A DNA stretch of 64,000 bases from Betaproteobacteria bacterium (GCA_016195915.1 JACPYS010000063.1:10388-74387); one strand, 5' to 3'. Positions 28,696-38,009 are shown, numbered from the stretch's first letter. Notes: generated from the sequence alone by a model not told the origin. Program-made: numbers and translations.

Positions 28696-29079
28696 ATGGC
28701 CGCGCGCACCAGCATCTACGTCGAGGGCTTCAGCCACAAGAATCCGATTCCGGCGGCCTGCCGCATCGGCAAGCTGCTTTATTCGGGCAGCATCCAGGGC
28801 ACCGATCCGGCGACCGGCAATTACGGCAGCACGATCGAGGAGCAATGCGCGCTCATGTTCGCGCAGGTGACGCGCATCGTCGAGGCGGGCGGCGGCGGCA
28901 CCGCCGATATCGTCAAAATGACGGTCTGGATGCGCGATCGCTCGCAGCGCGCAGCCCTCAACAAGCACTGGCTCGAGATGTTTCCCGATCCGCGATCGCG
29001 CCCGGCACGGCATGCAATGCAGGCCGCGCTCGACGGCGCGAAGCTGATCGAGTGTGATTTCATCGCAGTGATCGGCTGA
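28696..29079 (+). CDS. RidA/YjgF-family protein
   Basis: 127 aa. IVKMTVWMRDRSQRAALNKHW...PARHAMQAAL...IECDFIAV, an endoribonuclease L-PSP-like fold signature. Confidence 0.8.
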   Translation: MAARTSIYVEGFSHKNPIPAACRIGKLLYSGSIQGTDPATGNYGSTIEEQCALMFAQVTRIVEAGGGGTADIVKMTVWMRDRSQRAALNKHWLEMFPDPRSRPARHAMQAALDGAKLIECDFIAVIG

Positions 29080-29090
29080 GGAACCGAACC

Positions 29091-29963
29091 GTGCCCGAGT
29101 ACTTTCCATTCGATCCAAATCCCAGGGCGCCGGATCGGATGCCGCCGCCGAAGAGCTGCGACAGCCAGTTCCACGTGTTTGGAGCGCGCGAGGAGTATCC
29201 GGTGCGCCCGGGTGCCGCCTACGAGATGCCGTCGGCCACCTGGGAGGCGGCGAAACGGATGCATTCAGCCCTGGGCATCGAGCGCGGCATCATCGTGCAG
29301 CCGACGACCTACGGGGCGGATCACCAGGCCACGCTGGACGGGTTGGTGGCACTGGGACCGAATTACAGGGCGTGTGCGAATGCCGTGGTGCTGAACGAGC
29401 GCGATGATTCGTACATTGCGATGCTGCATGACGCCGGCGTGCGCGGGGCGCGTTTCACGCGCCAGGGGCTCGGCCTCGGGTTTTCGCCGGAAGAGTTCCG
29501 GCGTGCGGTCGCGCGGGTGCGCGAACTGGGCTGGTACGCGAAGATCCAGCCGGAACCCGAGGGAATCGCGGGAAATGCGGCGATGTTCGAGTCGCTCGAC
29601 CTGCCGGTGCTGATCGATCACATGGGGCGTCCCGACCCGCGTGCCGGGGCGCGGGATCCGAGCCTGGATTTGCTGGTCGAACTACTGAAGCGGGGTAACT
29701 TCTGGGTGATGCTCTCTCTCGGCGAGAAAATCTCCAGGGCTGGCCCCCCTTGGAATGATGTCCTCCGCGTGGCCCGCACCTACATCGAAGCGGCGCCAGG
29801 CCGGGTCGTCTGGGCGAGCGACTGGCCGCACCCGGTGTCGATGAAACGGCCGCCGAATGAAGCCGAGCTTCTCGAGCTGCTCTATCGCATCGCGCCCGAC
29901 GAGGCAACCCTCAAGCGGATTCTCGTCGATAATCCCGCACGGCTGTTTGGATTCGAACCATGA
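29091..29963 (+). CDS. Amidohydrolase-2 family hydrolase (LigI / 2-pyrone-4,6-dicarboxylate lactonase-like)
   Basis: GTG start with GAGGAA RBS. CDSQFHVFG...IERGIIVQPTTYG...LIDHMGRP...WASDWPHP metal/lactonase-type motifs. Confidence 0.75.
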   Translation: MPEYFPFDPNPRAPDRMPPPKSCDSQFHVFGAREEYPVRPGAAYEMPSATWEAAKRMHSALGIERGIIVQPTTYGADHQATLDGLVALGPNYRACANAVVLNERDDSYIAMLHDAGVRGARFTRQGLGLGFSPEEFRRAVARVRELGWYAKIQPEPEGIAGNAAMFESLDLPVLIDHMGRPDPRAGARDPSLDLLVELLKRGNFWVMLSLGEKISRAGPPWNDVLRVARTYIEAAPGRVVWASDWPHPVSMKRPPNEAELLELLYRIAPDEATLKRILVDNPARLFGFEP

Positions 29964-30823
29964 AACTGCTTTCCTTCGAGGTGGCGGGGCGACAGCGCTT
30001 CGGTGCGGCGACCGATGGCGGGATCGTCGATCTCACCGGCAGGCTCGGGCCCGGTCTCGATACGCTTCGCTCCGCGCTTGAGGCGAATGCGCTCGGGCGG
30101 GCCGGCGACGTCGTGGCGGACGCGAAACCGGCGTACGGGCTTGACGACATCGCATTCCTTGCGCCCGTTCCTTACCCGGAAAAGATCATCTGCGTCGGCG
30201 TGAACTACGGCAATCGCAACGCGGAGTACAAGGACGGATCCGAGCTGCCGAAATGGCCGAGCGTTTTTGCGCGTTTTCCGGGATCGTTCGTCGGTCATCG
30301 TGCGAGCCTGTTACGTCCGCCCGAATCCGCGCAGCTCGACTACGAGGGTGAGATCGCGATCGTCATTGGCAAGGCCGGACGCAGAATTGCGCAAGTGGAC
30401 GCCGAAAAGCACATTGCCGGACTCGCCTGCCTGAACGAGGGCACGGTCCGCGACTGGACGAAGCATGGCAAGTTCAATGTCACCCAGGGAAAGAATTTCG
30501 ACGCCAGCGGTTCGATCGGCCCCTGGATGGTCACTGCCGACGAATTCGCGGGATTTGACAAGCTGCGCGTGATGACGAGGGTGAACGGGGAAGTGCGCCA
30601 GGACGACACTACAGCGAATCTGATGTTCCCGTTCCGCTATCTGATCAGCTACATTTCCCGCTGGACCACGCTCAAGCCAGGCGATGTGATTTCAACCGGT
30701 ACTCCGGTCGGCGCCGGAATCCGCTTCGATCCGCCGCGCTTTCTGAAGCCGGGCGACGTAGTGGAAATCGAGGTGCCTGGAATCGGCGTACTCTCGAACA
30801 CCGTGGCGGAGGAAACGATCTGA
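29960..30823 (+). CDS. Fumarylacetoacetate hydrolase (FAH)-family protein
   Basis: ATGA overlap. KIICVGVNY...DYEGEIAIVIGK...GDVISTGTPVGAG. Confidence 0.88.
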   Translation: MKLLSFEVAGRQRFGAATDGGIVDLTGRLGPGLDTLRSALEANALGRAGDVVADAKPAYGLDDIAFLAPVPYPEKIICVGVNYGNRNAEYKDGSELPKWPSVFARFPGSFVGHRASLLRPPESAQLDYEGEIAIVIGKAGRRIAQVDAEKHIAGLACLNEGTVRDWTKHGKFNVTQGKNFDASGSIGPWMVTADEFAGFDKLRVMTRVNGEVRQDDTTANLMFPFRYLISYISRWTTLKPGDVISTGTPVGAGIRFDPPRFLKPGDVVEIEVPGIGVLSNTVAEETI

Positions 30824-30848
30824 ACCCAACCCCAAGGAGGACTGCACC

Positions 30849-31631
30849 ATGATGTCTGACGCAGATCGCCGCAAGGCGGCAGAATCGCTGATCCAGGCCG
30901 AGAAAACGCGCAAGCCGGTGATTCAACTCTCCAAGACGTGGCCGGAGATCGTGATCGAGGACTCCTACGCGATCCAGGGCCTGGTGAACGACATGAAGGT
31001 GGCCGCCGGTTCGAAGGTGATCGGCAACAAGATCGGCCTTACCTCGAAGGCGATGCAGCAGTCCTCGCAGATCGACGAACCCGACTACGGCGTGCTGCAC
31101 GATTACATGGTGGTCGAGGACGGCGCCAAGGTGCCGTTCGAGAACTACATCGTGCCGCGCGTGGAAATCGAACTTGTATTCGTGCTCGGCAAGCCGCTCA
31201 AGGGGCCGGGTGTCGGACTGCTCGACGTGCTGCGCGCGACGGAGTATGTGGTGCCGGCCATCGAAATCATCGACGCGAGGGTGCAGAACCCGCGCAAGAT
31301 CTTCGATACCGTCGCCGACAACGGCGCGGCCGCGGGTCTGGTGATCGGCGGGCGCGCGGTGGGCCCGATGGACATCGACCTTCGCTGGGTGGGTGGGTTG
31401 CTCTATCGGAATGCGGACATCGAAGAGACGGGCGTTGCGGCCGGAGTGCTCGGCCATCCCGCGATGGGGATCGCGTGGCTCGCGAACAAGGTTGGCCGCT
31501 TCGGCACGGTGCTCGAACCGGGGCGCGTGATGCTGGCGGGTTCCTTCATCCGCCCGGTGTGGGCGCAGAAGGGCGATACCCTGCGCGCCGATTTCGGCTC
31601 GCTCGGAAGTCTTTCTGTCCAGTTCGTCTGA
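30849..31631 (+). CDS. 2-oxopent-4-enoate / 2-oxohept-3-enedioate hydratase-like (MhpD/HpcG family)
   Basis: AAGGAGG RBS. DSYAIQGLVNDMKVAAGSKVIGNKIGLTSKAMQ...VEIELVFVLGK. Confidence 0.8.
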   Translation: MMSDADRRKAAESLIQAEKTRKPVIQLSKTWPEIVIEDSYAIQGLVNDMKVAAGSKVIGNKIGLTSKAMQQSSQIDEPDYGVLHDYMVVEDGAKVPFENYIVPRVEIELVFVLGKPLKGPGVGLLDVLRATEYVVPAIEIIDARVQNPRKIFDTVADNGAAAGLVIGGRAVGPMDIDLRWVGGLLYRNADIEETGVAAGVLGHPAMGIAWLANKVGRFGTVLEPGRVMLAGSFIRPVWAQKGDTLRADFGSLGSLSVQFV

Positions 31632-31633
31632 GA

Positions 31634-32392
31634 ATGTACAAGCCATTCGACCTGACAGGGCGGTGCGCCATCGTCACCGGCGGCAACGGGGGCATCGGCT
31701 ACGGCATGGCGGAGGCGCTGATCGCAGCGGGGGCGCGCGTCGCGATCTGGGGTTCCAACGCTGAAAAGACCGCAAAGGCAAAGGCGGCGCTCGGACCGAA
31801 TGCCGAGGCATTCGTGTGTGATGTGACTTGCGAAGACGCCGTCGAGCGCGCCTTCGCCGATTCGGTCGCAGCGCTGGGGCATGTGGACGCGTGCTTCGCG
31901 AACGCCGGCGTGTCTTCGAAGCTGACCCCCATCCTCGATATGACGCTTGAGGAATTCAGGCGCGTCCTGCGCGTCAACGTCGAAGGCGTGTTCCTGACGT
32001 TTCGTGCTGCCGCGCGCCACATGGCCGGGCACGGGCAGGGCGGCGTGCTGGTCGCCACCGCGAGCACCGCGGCGATCGAAGGCGCGGCGCGCAACAGCCA
32101 TTACGGCGCGTCCAAGGGCGCGGTGACCTCCTACGTCCGCGCGCTGGCAGTCGAACTCGCGCGCCACCGGATCCGCGTCAATTCGATCCTGCCGGGCTGG
32201 ATCGAAACCGATATGACGGCACGCGCGATGGGCGACGAAAGGTTCGCGAAGGCGGTGCTGCCGCGAATCCCTGCGCGCCGGTGGGGAACGCGCGACGATT
32301 TCGGCGCCGTTGCCGTATACCTGATGAGCGACGGTTCATTTTATATGACAGGTGAACAGATCGTCATCGACGGCGGGTATACGAAGTTTTAA
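31634..32392 (+). CDS. SDR-family oxidoreductase
   Basis: TGGNGGIGYG Rossmann motif, YGASKGAV catalytic motif, 252 aa. Confidence 0.9.
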   Translation: MYKPFDLTGRCAIVTGGNGGIGYGMAEALIAAGARVAIWGSNAEKTAKAKAALGPNAEAFVCDVTCEDAVERAFADSVAALGHVDACFANAGVSSKLTPILDMTLEEFRRVLRVNVEGVFLTFRAAARHMAGHGQGGVLVATASTAAIEGAARNSHYGASKGAVTSYVRALAVELARHRIRVNSILPGWIETDMTARAMGDERFAKAVLPRIPARRWGTRDDFGAVAVYLMSDGSFYMTGEQIVIDGGYTKF

Positions 32393-32433
32393 CGCGGTAT
32401 TATTGGCCGCTGAGATGCGCGGCAGGCATTTCT

Positions 32434-32462
32434 TTGACATTGCTCAAATCAGACGCTACAAA
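32434..32462 (+). promoter_or_regulatory. Promoter-like element upstream of gcdC (TTGACA-17-TACAAA); also reads as TTGA-N6-TCAA
   Basis: TTGACAttgCTCAAatcagacgcTACAAA read directly, 14 nt upstream of the AAGGGGA RBS. Ambiguous between a plain -35 box and an FNR/CRP-family half-palindrome. Confidence 0.4.
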
Positions 32463-32475
32463 AAAGGGGAAAACT

Positions 32476-32691
32476 ATGGCGCAAGAAGTCCGTGCCCCGC
32501 TGGCGGGGAACATCTGGGCCGTGCTGGTGGAAGTGGGTTCCAAGGTGGAGGAGGACGACGAGCTGGTCGTCATCGAGGCACTCAAGATGGAGAACCCCGT
32601 GTTCTCCCACTGTGCCGGCACGGTGAAGGAAATCATGGTGAAGAAAGGCGACAAGATCGACGATGACGGCCTGCTCATGCTGATCGAATGA
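32476..32691 (+). CDS. gcdC: Biotin carboxyl-carrier subunit (71-aa biotinyl domain only)
   Basis: AAGGGGA RBS. PLAGNIWAVLVEVGSKVEEDDELVVIEALKMENPVFSHCAGTVKEI is a biotinyl-lysine motif, (A/V)(L/M)KM. Confidence 0.8.
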   Translation: MAQEVRAPLAGNIWAVLVEVGSKVEEDDELVVIEALKMENPVFSHCAGTVKEIMVKKGDKIDDDGLLMLIE

Positions 32692-32725
32692 CGAACTGCC
32701 CGACCGGAGCGAAAGCGAGGCGATA

Positions 32726-33886
32726 ATGAATTTCGAGTTGACTGAGGATCAGCGGCTGATCCAGGAAACGGCGCGGCGCTTCGCCGCATCGGAAATCGCA
32801 CCGACGCTCGACGAGGAGGAGAGCAGGCACGAATTTCGGGCGGGCCGCGTCGCGCAGATGGGCAAGCTGGGATTTTTCTCCTGCGCCCTGCCCGAAGAGC
32901 TCGGCGGCAGCGGCATGGGGTTCATGGAGTCGGTGCTGATGTCCGAGCAGATCGGCAGGGTGTCGGCATCCTGGCGGCTGCCGTTCAACATGCAGAACCT
33001 GGGCCCTGCGCTCACGGTGACGAAATTCGGCAGCGAAGAGCAGAAGAATAAGTACGTCCCCGGCTGGGTCGCGGGCACGCAGCTCGGATTTTTCGCCATG
33101 ACCGAGCCCAACACCGGCTCGGATGTGGCCAGCATGAAGACCCACGCGATCGACAAGGGCGACCACTGGGAGGTCCACGGCAACAAGATGTGGATCTCGC
33201 AGGCGCACGTGGGCGATGCAGGCCTGTTGTACGCCTACACGGACCGGGAAAAGGGCAACAAGGGAATCACGGCGTTCATCATCGAGCCGAAAAAAATGAA
33301 GGGCTGCACCGCGCGCGCCATCGAGACCAAGCTCGGCCTGAAATGCGCGCCGACCGGTGAATTCGTGTTCGAGGGCATGAAGGTGCCGAAGGAGAACGTG
33401 CTCGGCAAGCCGGGCAGCGGATTCCAGATCTGCATGTGGCAGCTGAACCAGACGCGCCTGGGCTGTGCGGCCGGCGCGCTTGGTGTCGCCGGAGGGGCGC
33501 TGGACCTTGCCATCAACTACGCCAAGGAGCGCAGCCAGTTCGGCAAACCCATTTCCGAGCACCAGATGATCCAGGCGCAGGTCGCCGAGATGGTGGTGGA
33601 GCACCACGCCGCGCAGATGCTGGTGTATCGCGCGGCGTGGCTCAAGGACCATGGCAAGCCCAACCAATACGAGACTTCGGTCGCCAAGTACGCGGCGTCG
33701 GAAGCCGCGGTGCACGCCGCGAACGAGTGCATGAAGATTTTCGGTTCCTACGGGTATTCGACCGAGTATCCGGCGGAACGCTTCTACCGCGACGCAAAGT
33801 CCCTGCAGATCGTGGAGGGCACTTCCAACATCCAGAAGATCATCATCTCGGGCATGGCTTTCGGCACCACGCCCAACCGCGAGTAA
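32726..33886 (+). CDS. Acyl-CoA dehydrogenase; candidate non-decarboxylating glutaryl-CoA dehydrogenase
   Basis: 386 aa ACAD fold (FAMTEPNTGSD, catalytic LQIVEGTSNIQ). Val363, not Tyr, precedes the catalytic Glu. Sandwiched between gcdC and gcdA. Confidence 0.85.
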   Translation: MNFELTEDQRLIQETARRFAASEIAPTLDEEESRHEFRAGRVAQMGKLGFFSCALPEELGGSGMGFMESVLMSEQIGRVSASWRLPFNMQNLGPALTVTKFGSEEQKNKYVPGWVAGTQLGFFAMTEPNTGSDVASMKTHAIDKGDHWEVHGNKMWISQAHVGDAGLLYAYTDREKGNKGITAFIIEPKKMKGCTARAIETKLGLKCAPTGEFVFEGMKVPKENVLGKPGSGFQICMWQLNQTRLGCAAGALGVAGGALDLAINYAKERSQFGKPISEHQMIQAQVAEMVVEHHAAQMLVYRAAWLKDHGKPNQYETSVAKYAASEAAVHAANECMKIFGSYGYSTEYPAERFYRDAKSLQIVEGTSNIQKIIISGMAFGTTPNRE

Positions 33887-33891
33887 ACGCA

Positions 33892-35625
33892 ATGCGACCG
33901 TATTTCGAAAAGATGCCTGGCTTCGGCAAGCCGCTCAAGGACAACCGCAAGGCGCGCTCGAAGGAAAGCCGCGCGAAGCTCGAAGCCGTAGAGGCGGAAA
34001 TCGCGGTCGCGCGCAAAGCGAAGGAAAACGTCGGCATCCCCGCCGCCAAGATCAACGAGCGGGGCTCGTGGACCGTGTGGCAACGGCTCGAATACCTGGT
34101 CGACCCCGGCACCTGGCAGCCGCTGCACAGCATCTTCAACCCCGAGGACAACGAGGAGGGCACGACCAACGTCGTCGACGGCCTGGGCAAGATCTCGGGA
34201 CGCTGGGCCGTCATCATCGGCTTCGACAACAAGGTGCTCGCAGGCGCGTGGATTCCGGGGCAGGCCGATAACGTGCTGCGCGTGACGAACCTCGCGAAGC
34301 GGCTGAACATTCCACTCGTGTGGCTGGTGAACTGCAGCGGAGTCAAGCTTCCGGACCAGGAGAAGTTCTACGCCGACCGCCGCGGTTCCGGTACGCCGTT
34401 CTTCCGCCACGCCGAGCTGGAGCAGGCGGGCATCCCTGTCCTCGCCGGTATCTACGGCACCAATCCTGCCGGTGGCGGCTATCAGGCGATCACGCCGACG
34501 ATCCTGATCGCACACAAGGACTCGAACATGGCCGTCGGCGGTGCAGGCATCGTCTCGGGCATGTCGCCAAGGGGCGGATTCGATGTGGAAGGGCTCGAGC
34601 AGCTGATCTCGGTTACGCGCGACTTCAAGGAGCGCCCGCCGGGACGGGTCGATGTCCATTACAACGAGACCGGATTCTTCACGCGCGTGTGCGACGAGGA
34701 AAAGGGCGTGCTCGACGGCCTCAAGGAATACATGCGCGCGATTCCGGCCTACGACCCGATGTTCTTCCGGGTGGCGGAACCGGCCGAGCCGGCGCTCGCG
34801 CCGGATGACCTTTACCACCTGCTGCCGTTCAATCAGAAGGAGACTTACTCGTTCGACGAAATTCTCGCGCGGCTGGTGGACGGCAGCGAACACATGGAAT
34901 TCCGGCCCGACTACGGTCCCGAGATCTACGCGGGGTTGGTGAAGATCGACGGCATGGCGGTCGGCGTGATCGGCAACCGGCAGGGCGTACTGCCCAAGGG
35001 CTATCCGGAGTATGCGGATTACCCCGGCATCGGCGGCAAGCTCTACCGCCAGGGGCTGATCAAGATGAGCGAGTTCGTGACCCACTGCAGCCGCGACCGG
35101 GTGCCGGTCGTCTGGTTTCAGGATACGAGCGGCATCGATGTGGGGGACATCGCGGAGAAGGCTGAACTGCTCGGCCTGGGTTCGACGCTGATCTATTCGA
35201 TTCAGCAGACGGACGTGCCGATGATGCTGGTGGTGCTGAGGAAGGGCAGCGCGGCGGCCCACTACATCATGGGCGGGCCCACTGCGAATCGCCACAACGC
35301 ATTTACATTGGGCACGGCTGCAACGGAGATCTACGTCATGCACGGCGAGACGGCGGCGGTGGCGACGATGGCGCGGCGTGCGGTGAAGGACAAGGACTCG
35401 GGCAAGCCGCTCGAACCGATCGCGGAGAAGATGAACGAGATCGCGAAAAAGTATTACGACACTTCACGCCCCGCTTACTGCGCGCGGCACGGATTCGTCG
35501 ACGAGATCGTGGACCTGAAGGCGCTGCGCGGGTATCTCAAGGCGTTCGCCGGAGCGGTTTACCAGAACCCGACGTCAACCTGCCCGCGGCACCAGATGCT
35601 GTTGCCGAGGATTATCAAGGGCTGA
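33892..35625 (+). CDS. gcdA: Glutaconyl-CoA decarboxylase alpha subunit (carboxyltransferase)
   Basis: 577 aa. MRPYFEKMPGFGKPLK..., FDNKVLAGAWIPGQADN, NCSGVKLPDQEKFY, GIYGTNPAGGGY and GGKLYRQGLIKMSEFV are colinear with my memory of Acidaminococcus GcdA. Confidence 0.82.
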   Translation: MRPYFEKMPGFGKPLKDNRKARSKESRAKLEAVEAEIAVARKAKENVGIPAAKINERGSWTVWQRLEYLVDPGTWQPLHSIFNPEDNEEGTTNVVDGLGKISGRWAVIIGFDNKVLAGAWIPGQADNVLRVTNLAKRLNIPLVWLVNCSGVKLPDQEKFYADRRGSGTPFFRHAELEQAGIPVLAGIYGTNPAGGGYQAITPTILIAHKDSNMAVGGAGIVSGMSPRGGFDVEGLEQLISVTRDFKERPPGRVDVHYNETGFFTRVCDEEKGVLDGLKEYMRAIPAYDPMFFRVAEPAEPALAPDDLYHLLPFNQKETYSFDEILARLVDGSEHMEFRPDYGPEIYAGLVKIDGMAVGVIGNRQGVLPKGYPEYADYPGIGGKLYRQGLIKMSEFVTHCSRDRVPVVWFQDTSGIDVGDIAEKAELLGLGSTLIYSIQQTDVPMMLVVLRKGSAAAHYIMGGPTANRHNAFTLGTAATEIYVMHGETAAVATMARRAVKDKDSGKPLEPIAEKMNEIAKKYYDTSRPAYCARHGFVDEIVDLKALRGYLKAFAGAVYQNPTSTCPRHQMLLPRIIKG

Positions 35626-35771
35626 GGGCTTTCAGATCGAGCGCTCGCTCCAAGCACACGGCCCCGTGGTGCCTAGATCGTGCCGGTGTGTCGGTGCCTA
35701 TTCCGTTTAACCTGCTTGAGGAATAAAAGGGTTGGGCGTAGTGTGTCCGTGATCGGACCCGCTCTTGGGGG

Positions 35772-35830
35772 GATTACGGGCGCTTGCGATTGTGGCGTCG
35801 GCCCTCAACGGCAAGCGATACTCCGTAATC
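35772..35830 (+). other. 59-nt imperfect long hairpin upstream of the DUF4160 gene
   Basis: GATTACGG-g-CGCTTGC-(23 nt)-GCAAGCG-atact-CCGTAATC. Flanked by and containing the direct repeat CGATTGT (35787-35793, 35830-35836). Confidence 0.4.
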
Positions 35831-35913
35831 GATTGTCCACCATGGGCGCTACAACCGGTTGCAGGCGACGCGCATGAAGCCGCGTGTGCCTGAACTGGAA
35901 CGTTGAGAAAACC

Positions 35914-36171
35914 ATGCCCGAACTGTCGCGATTTCTCGGCATCGTGATCGGGATGTTCTACAATGAACATGGTGTGGCGCACTTCCACGCGGTCTACGGG
36001 GACCACGAGATTTCGGTTGAAGTGGAAACCGGGACCATTCATGGAAATTTTCCTCCACGAGCGCTGCGACATGTGCTTGAGTGGTCCGCGCTTCATAGGC
36101 AAGAATTGCTGGACGACTGGGAACTGGCGCGTCAGGGACAGCCGCTCAACCGCATCACACCGTTGGAGTAG
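35914..36171 (+). CDS. DUF4160 domain protein
   Basis: MPELSRFLGIVIGMFYNEHGVAHFHAVYGDHE.... 85 aa, noticeably lower GC than neighbours. Confidence 0.85.
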   Translation: MPELSRFLGIVIGMFYNEHGVAHFHAVYGDHEISVEVETGTIHGNFPPRALRHVLEWSALHRQELLDDWELARQGQPLNRITPLE

Positions 36172-36175
36172 AACC

Positions 36176-36421
36176 ATGGATTACCATATTCTCGAAGCGC
36201 GGTACGTCGGTGGACACGTGGTGTGGCTCAGGTTTCGTGACGGTCTCGCCGGCGAAATTGATCTGGCCACTTCGCTGAAGGGTCCGGTGTTCGAACCGCT
36301 CCGGGACGTCACTTTTTTTCGGGCGTTCACGATTCATCCGGAATTCCACACGTTGGTGTGGCCAAACGGAGCGGATTTTGCCCCGGAATACTTGCACGAA
36401 AACGTGCGGGTCACGGTCTGA
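36176..36421 (+). CDS. DUF2442 domain protein
   Basis: Starts 4 nt after the DUF4160 stop. ...VVWLRFRDGLAGEIDL...WPNGADFAPEYL. 81 aa. Usual partner of DUF4160. Confidence 0.85.
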   Translation: MDYHILEARYVGGHVVWLRFRDGLAGEIDLATSLKGPVFEPLRDVTFFRAFTIHPEFHTLVWPNGADFAPEYLHENVRVTV

Positions 36422-36471
36422 CTTCGTGGGGAGCGAACGCGCCGGACGCGTCGTCCACCCCGGTGCAGCTG

Positions 36472-36920
36472 CTATCGCTTCCCGTCCATCAGCACGAACG
36501 CGATCCGCGCAGTCTGCTGCGAGCGGTTCGCCCATGCGTGATTGGTGCCGCGCTGGATCAGGACGTCGCCGGCACGCATCAGCGTCTCGCCCTCGTCCAT
36601 CACCGCCCAGATCTCGCCTTCGAGGATGATCGCGTAGTCGACGGTGTCGGTGCGGTGCATTCCCGGGTGCGCGCCGTCACGCTTGTCGTGCGTCGCGTCG
36701 CTGAAATGCGCAGGATCGTGCCGATCGCTGGCGGCAGGATGCCGTTGTGCGCAGGCACCGTGTCGGACGCGCCGATCCGGACCAGCGATTCCTCGGTGCG
36801 TCAGACGCTGGCGGCGCGGTAGCCCGGACGCTCGGCGACGGCGCGGATGGCGCTTGCCGGCGCGTCCTCGAGCACGCGCGAGTGCCCCTCGGCGTCGTCC
36901 CCGGTGACGATGCGCCGGAT
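36472..36920 (-). pseudogene. Decayed cupin-domain gene (in-frame TGA, 1-nt frameshift, no canonical start)
   Basis: N-terminal frame IRRIVTGDDAEGHSRVLEDAP...RAASV-TGA(36801-36803)-RTEESLV...GTILRI. It shifts at the A3/T3 run 36704-36706 into FSDATHDKRDGAHPGMHRTDTVDYAIILEGEIW...NHAWANRS. TGA sits where the family has Trp (VWRT). Confidence 0.7.
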
Positions 36921-37022
36921 GGCGGGCAGCGCGGCGATGCGGCTGCTGCTTGTTACTGCCAGGCCGCGTAGCTAATCAGGAGGGCGTAGAGCGCAGCAAC
37001 ATGTTTGCGCATCATGCTGTCC

Positions 37023-38009
37023 TCACTTGCCGGCGAGCGCCATGCCGCGTTCATAGAAGCCCGGATCAAGGTAGCGCTCCGGCGACGGCGGATTGCCGCC
37101 CCACTGTCCCTCGATCTCGGCGCGCAGCGCAAGCACATTGCGGAAACCTGCGACATCCAGCTTTGCATCCGGCGAGAGGCCGAACGCCGGGTCCATCAGT
37201 GTTTCGTAGGTGCGTGCCGCGACGTCGGGCTCGAGCTTGAGCCGTTCGCTCAGCATCCGCAGGCAGTCGTCGCGATTCGCGGGATCGCGCACCCAGCGGG
37301 TCGCATCAATATAGCCTGCGACGTACCGTTCCAGCACGCCGTCATTGGCGCGCGCCCAGGGCCGCATCACGAACGCGCCTGTCGCCTGGTAGGGGCCGAG
37401 CAGGTCGATGGCGCGGCCGAGGCTTTTCATACCTTCCTTCTGCGCCGCGATCGAGAACGGCGGGTTGAGGATCGACGCCGCGTTGGCCCGGTCCTCCTTC
37501 ATCGCCCTTGCCCGGAACAGCGTGCTGCCGACGGGTTTGAGGTTGTAGTCGCCCGCCTTGAGTCCCGCGTTCAGCAGGAGCTTCTTCAACTGCAGCGCGT
37601 AGGCAGTGTTCGGCGCATCCACGATCACGGTACGGCCGCGCAGGTCTGCCACCGAAGCGACATGCGCCTGCACGAAAAGCTCGTTCATGCTGCTGTCGCC
37701 ACCCATCACGATGACGACATCCTTGCCTGCCAGCTCGACCATCGCCACCGCGTTGTCCACGGCGGCATGCGCCACCTCGAAATCCCCGTTGGCAAGGCCG
37801 TCGCGCAGTTCGACCGAGTTCTGCGTGAACAGCAGTTCGACTGCGAGACCGCGCCTGTTGAAGAATCCCTTTGCCAGCGCCGCATACAGCGGCAGGTTCT
37901 GCGCGCCGGGAAATACCTTGACGCGCAACTTCGCCGCATCCTGCGCCAGCGCCGTGCCGGCCAGCAGGCAGAGCAATCCGGCGAGCACATCGTGTAACCA
38001 TCGATTCAT
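37023..38009 (-). CDS. Orphan NMT1/THI5-like (NitT/TauT-type) ABC substrate-binding protein
   Basis: Signal peptide LLCLLAGTALAQD. 328 aa PBP type-2 fold pattern. No permease or ATPase gene adjacent. Confidence 0.75.
   Translation of the reverse strand: MNRWLHDVLAGLLCLLAGTALAQDAAKLRVKVFPGAQNLPLYAALAKGFFNRRGLAVELLFTQNSVELRDGLANGDFEVAHAAVDNAVAMVELAGKDVVIVMGGDSSMNELFVQAHVASVADLRGRTVIVDAPNTAYALQLKKLLLNAGLKAGDYNLKPVGSTLFRARAMKEDRANAASILNPPFSIAAQKEGMKSLGRAIDLLGPYQATGAFVMRPWARANDGVLERYVAGYIDATRWVRDPANRDDCLRMLSERLKLEPDVAARTYETLMDPAFGLSPDAKLDVAGFRNVLALRAEIEGQWGGNPPSPERYLDPGFYERGMALAGK

Noticed and set aside
32434-32447. TTGACattgCTCAA upstream of gcdC as a bona fide FNR site
   Set aside because: A -41.5 placement would put the TSS inside the coding sequence. 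The same hexamer fits a normal -35 box with TACAAA 17 nt downstream. Kept only as a weak note.
36801-36803. In-frame TGA in the cupin gene as selenocysteine or Trp recoding
   Set aside because: The family position is Trp (TGG is one transition away). I saw no SECIS-like hairpin downstream. The same gene also has a frameshift and no start codon, so decay is the simpler reading.
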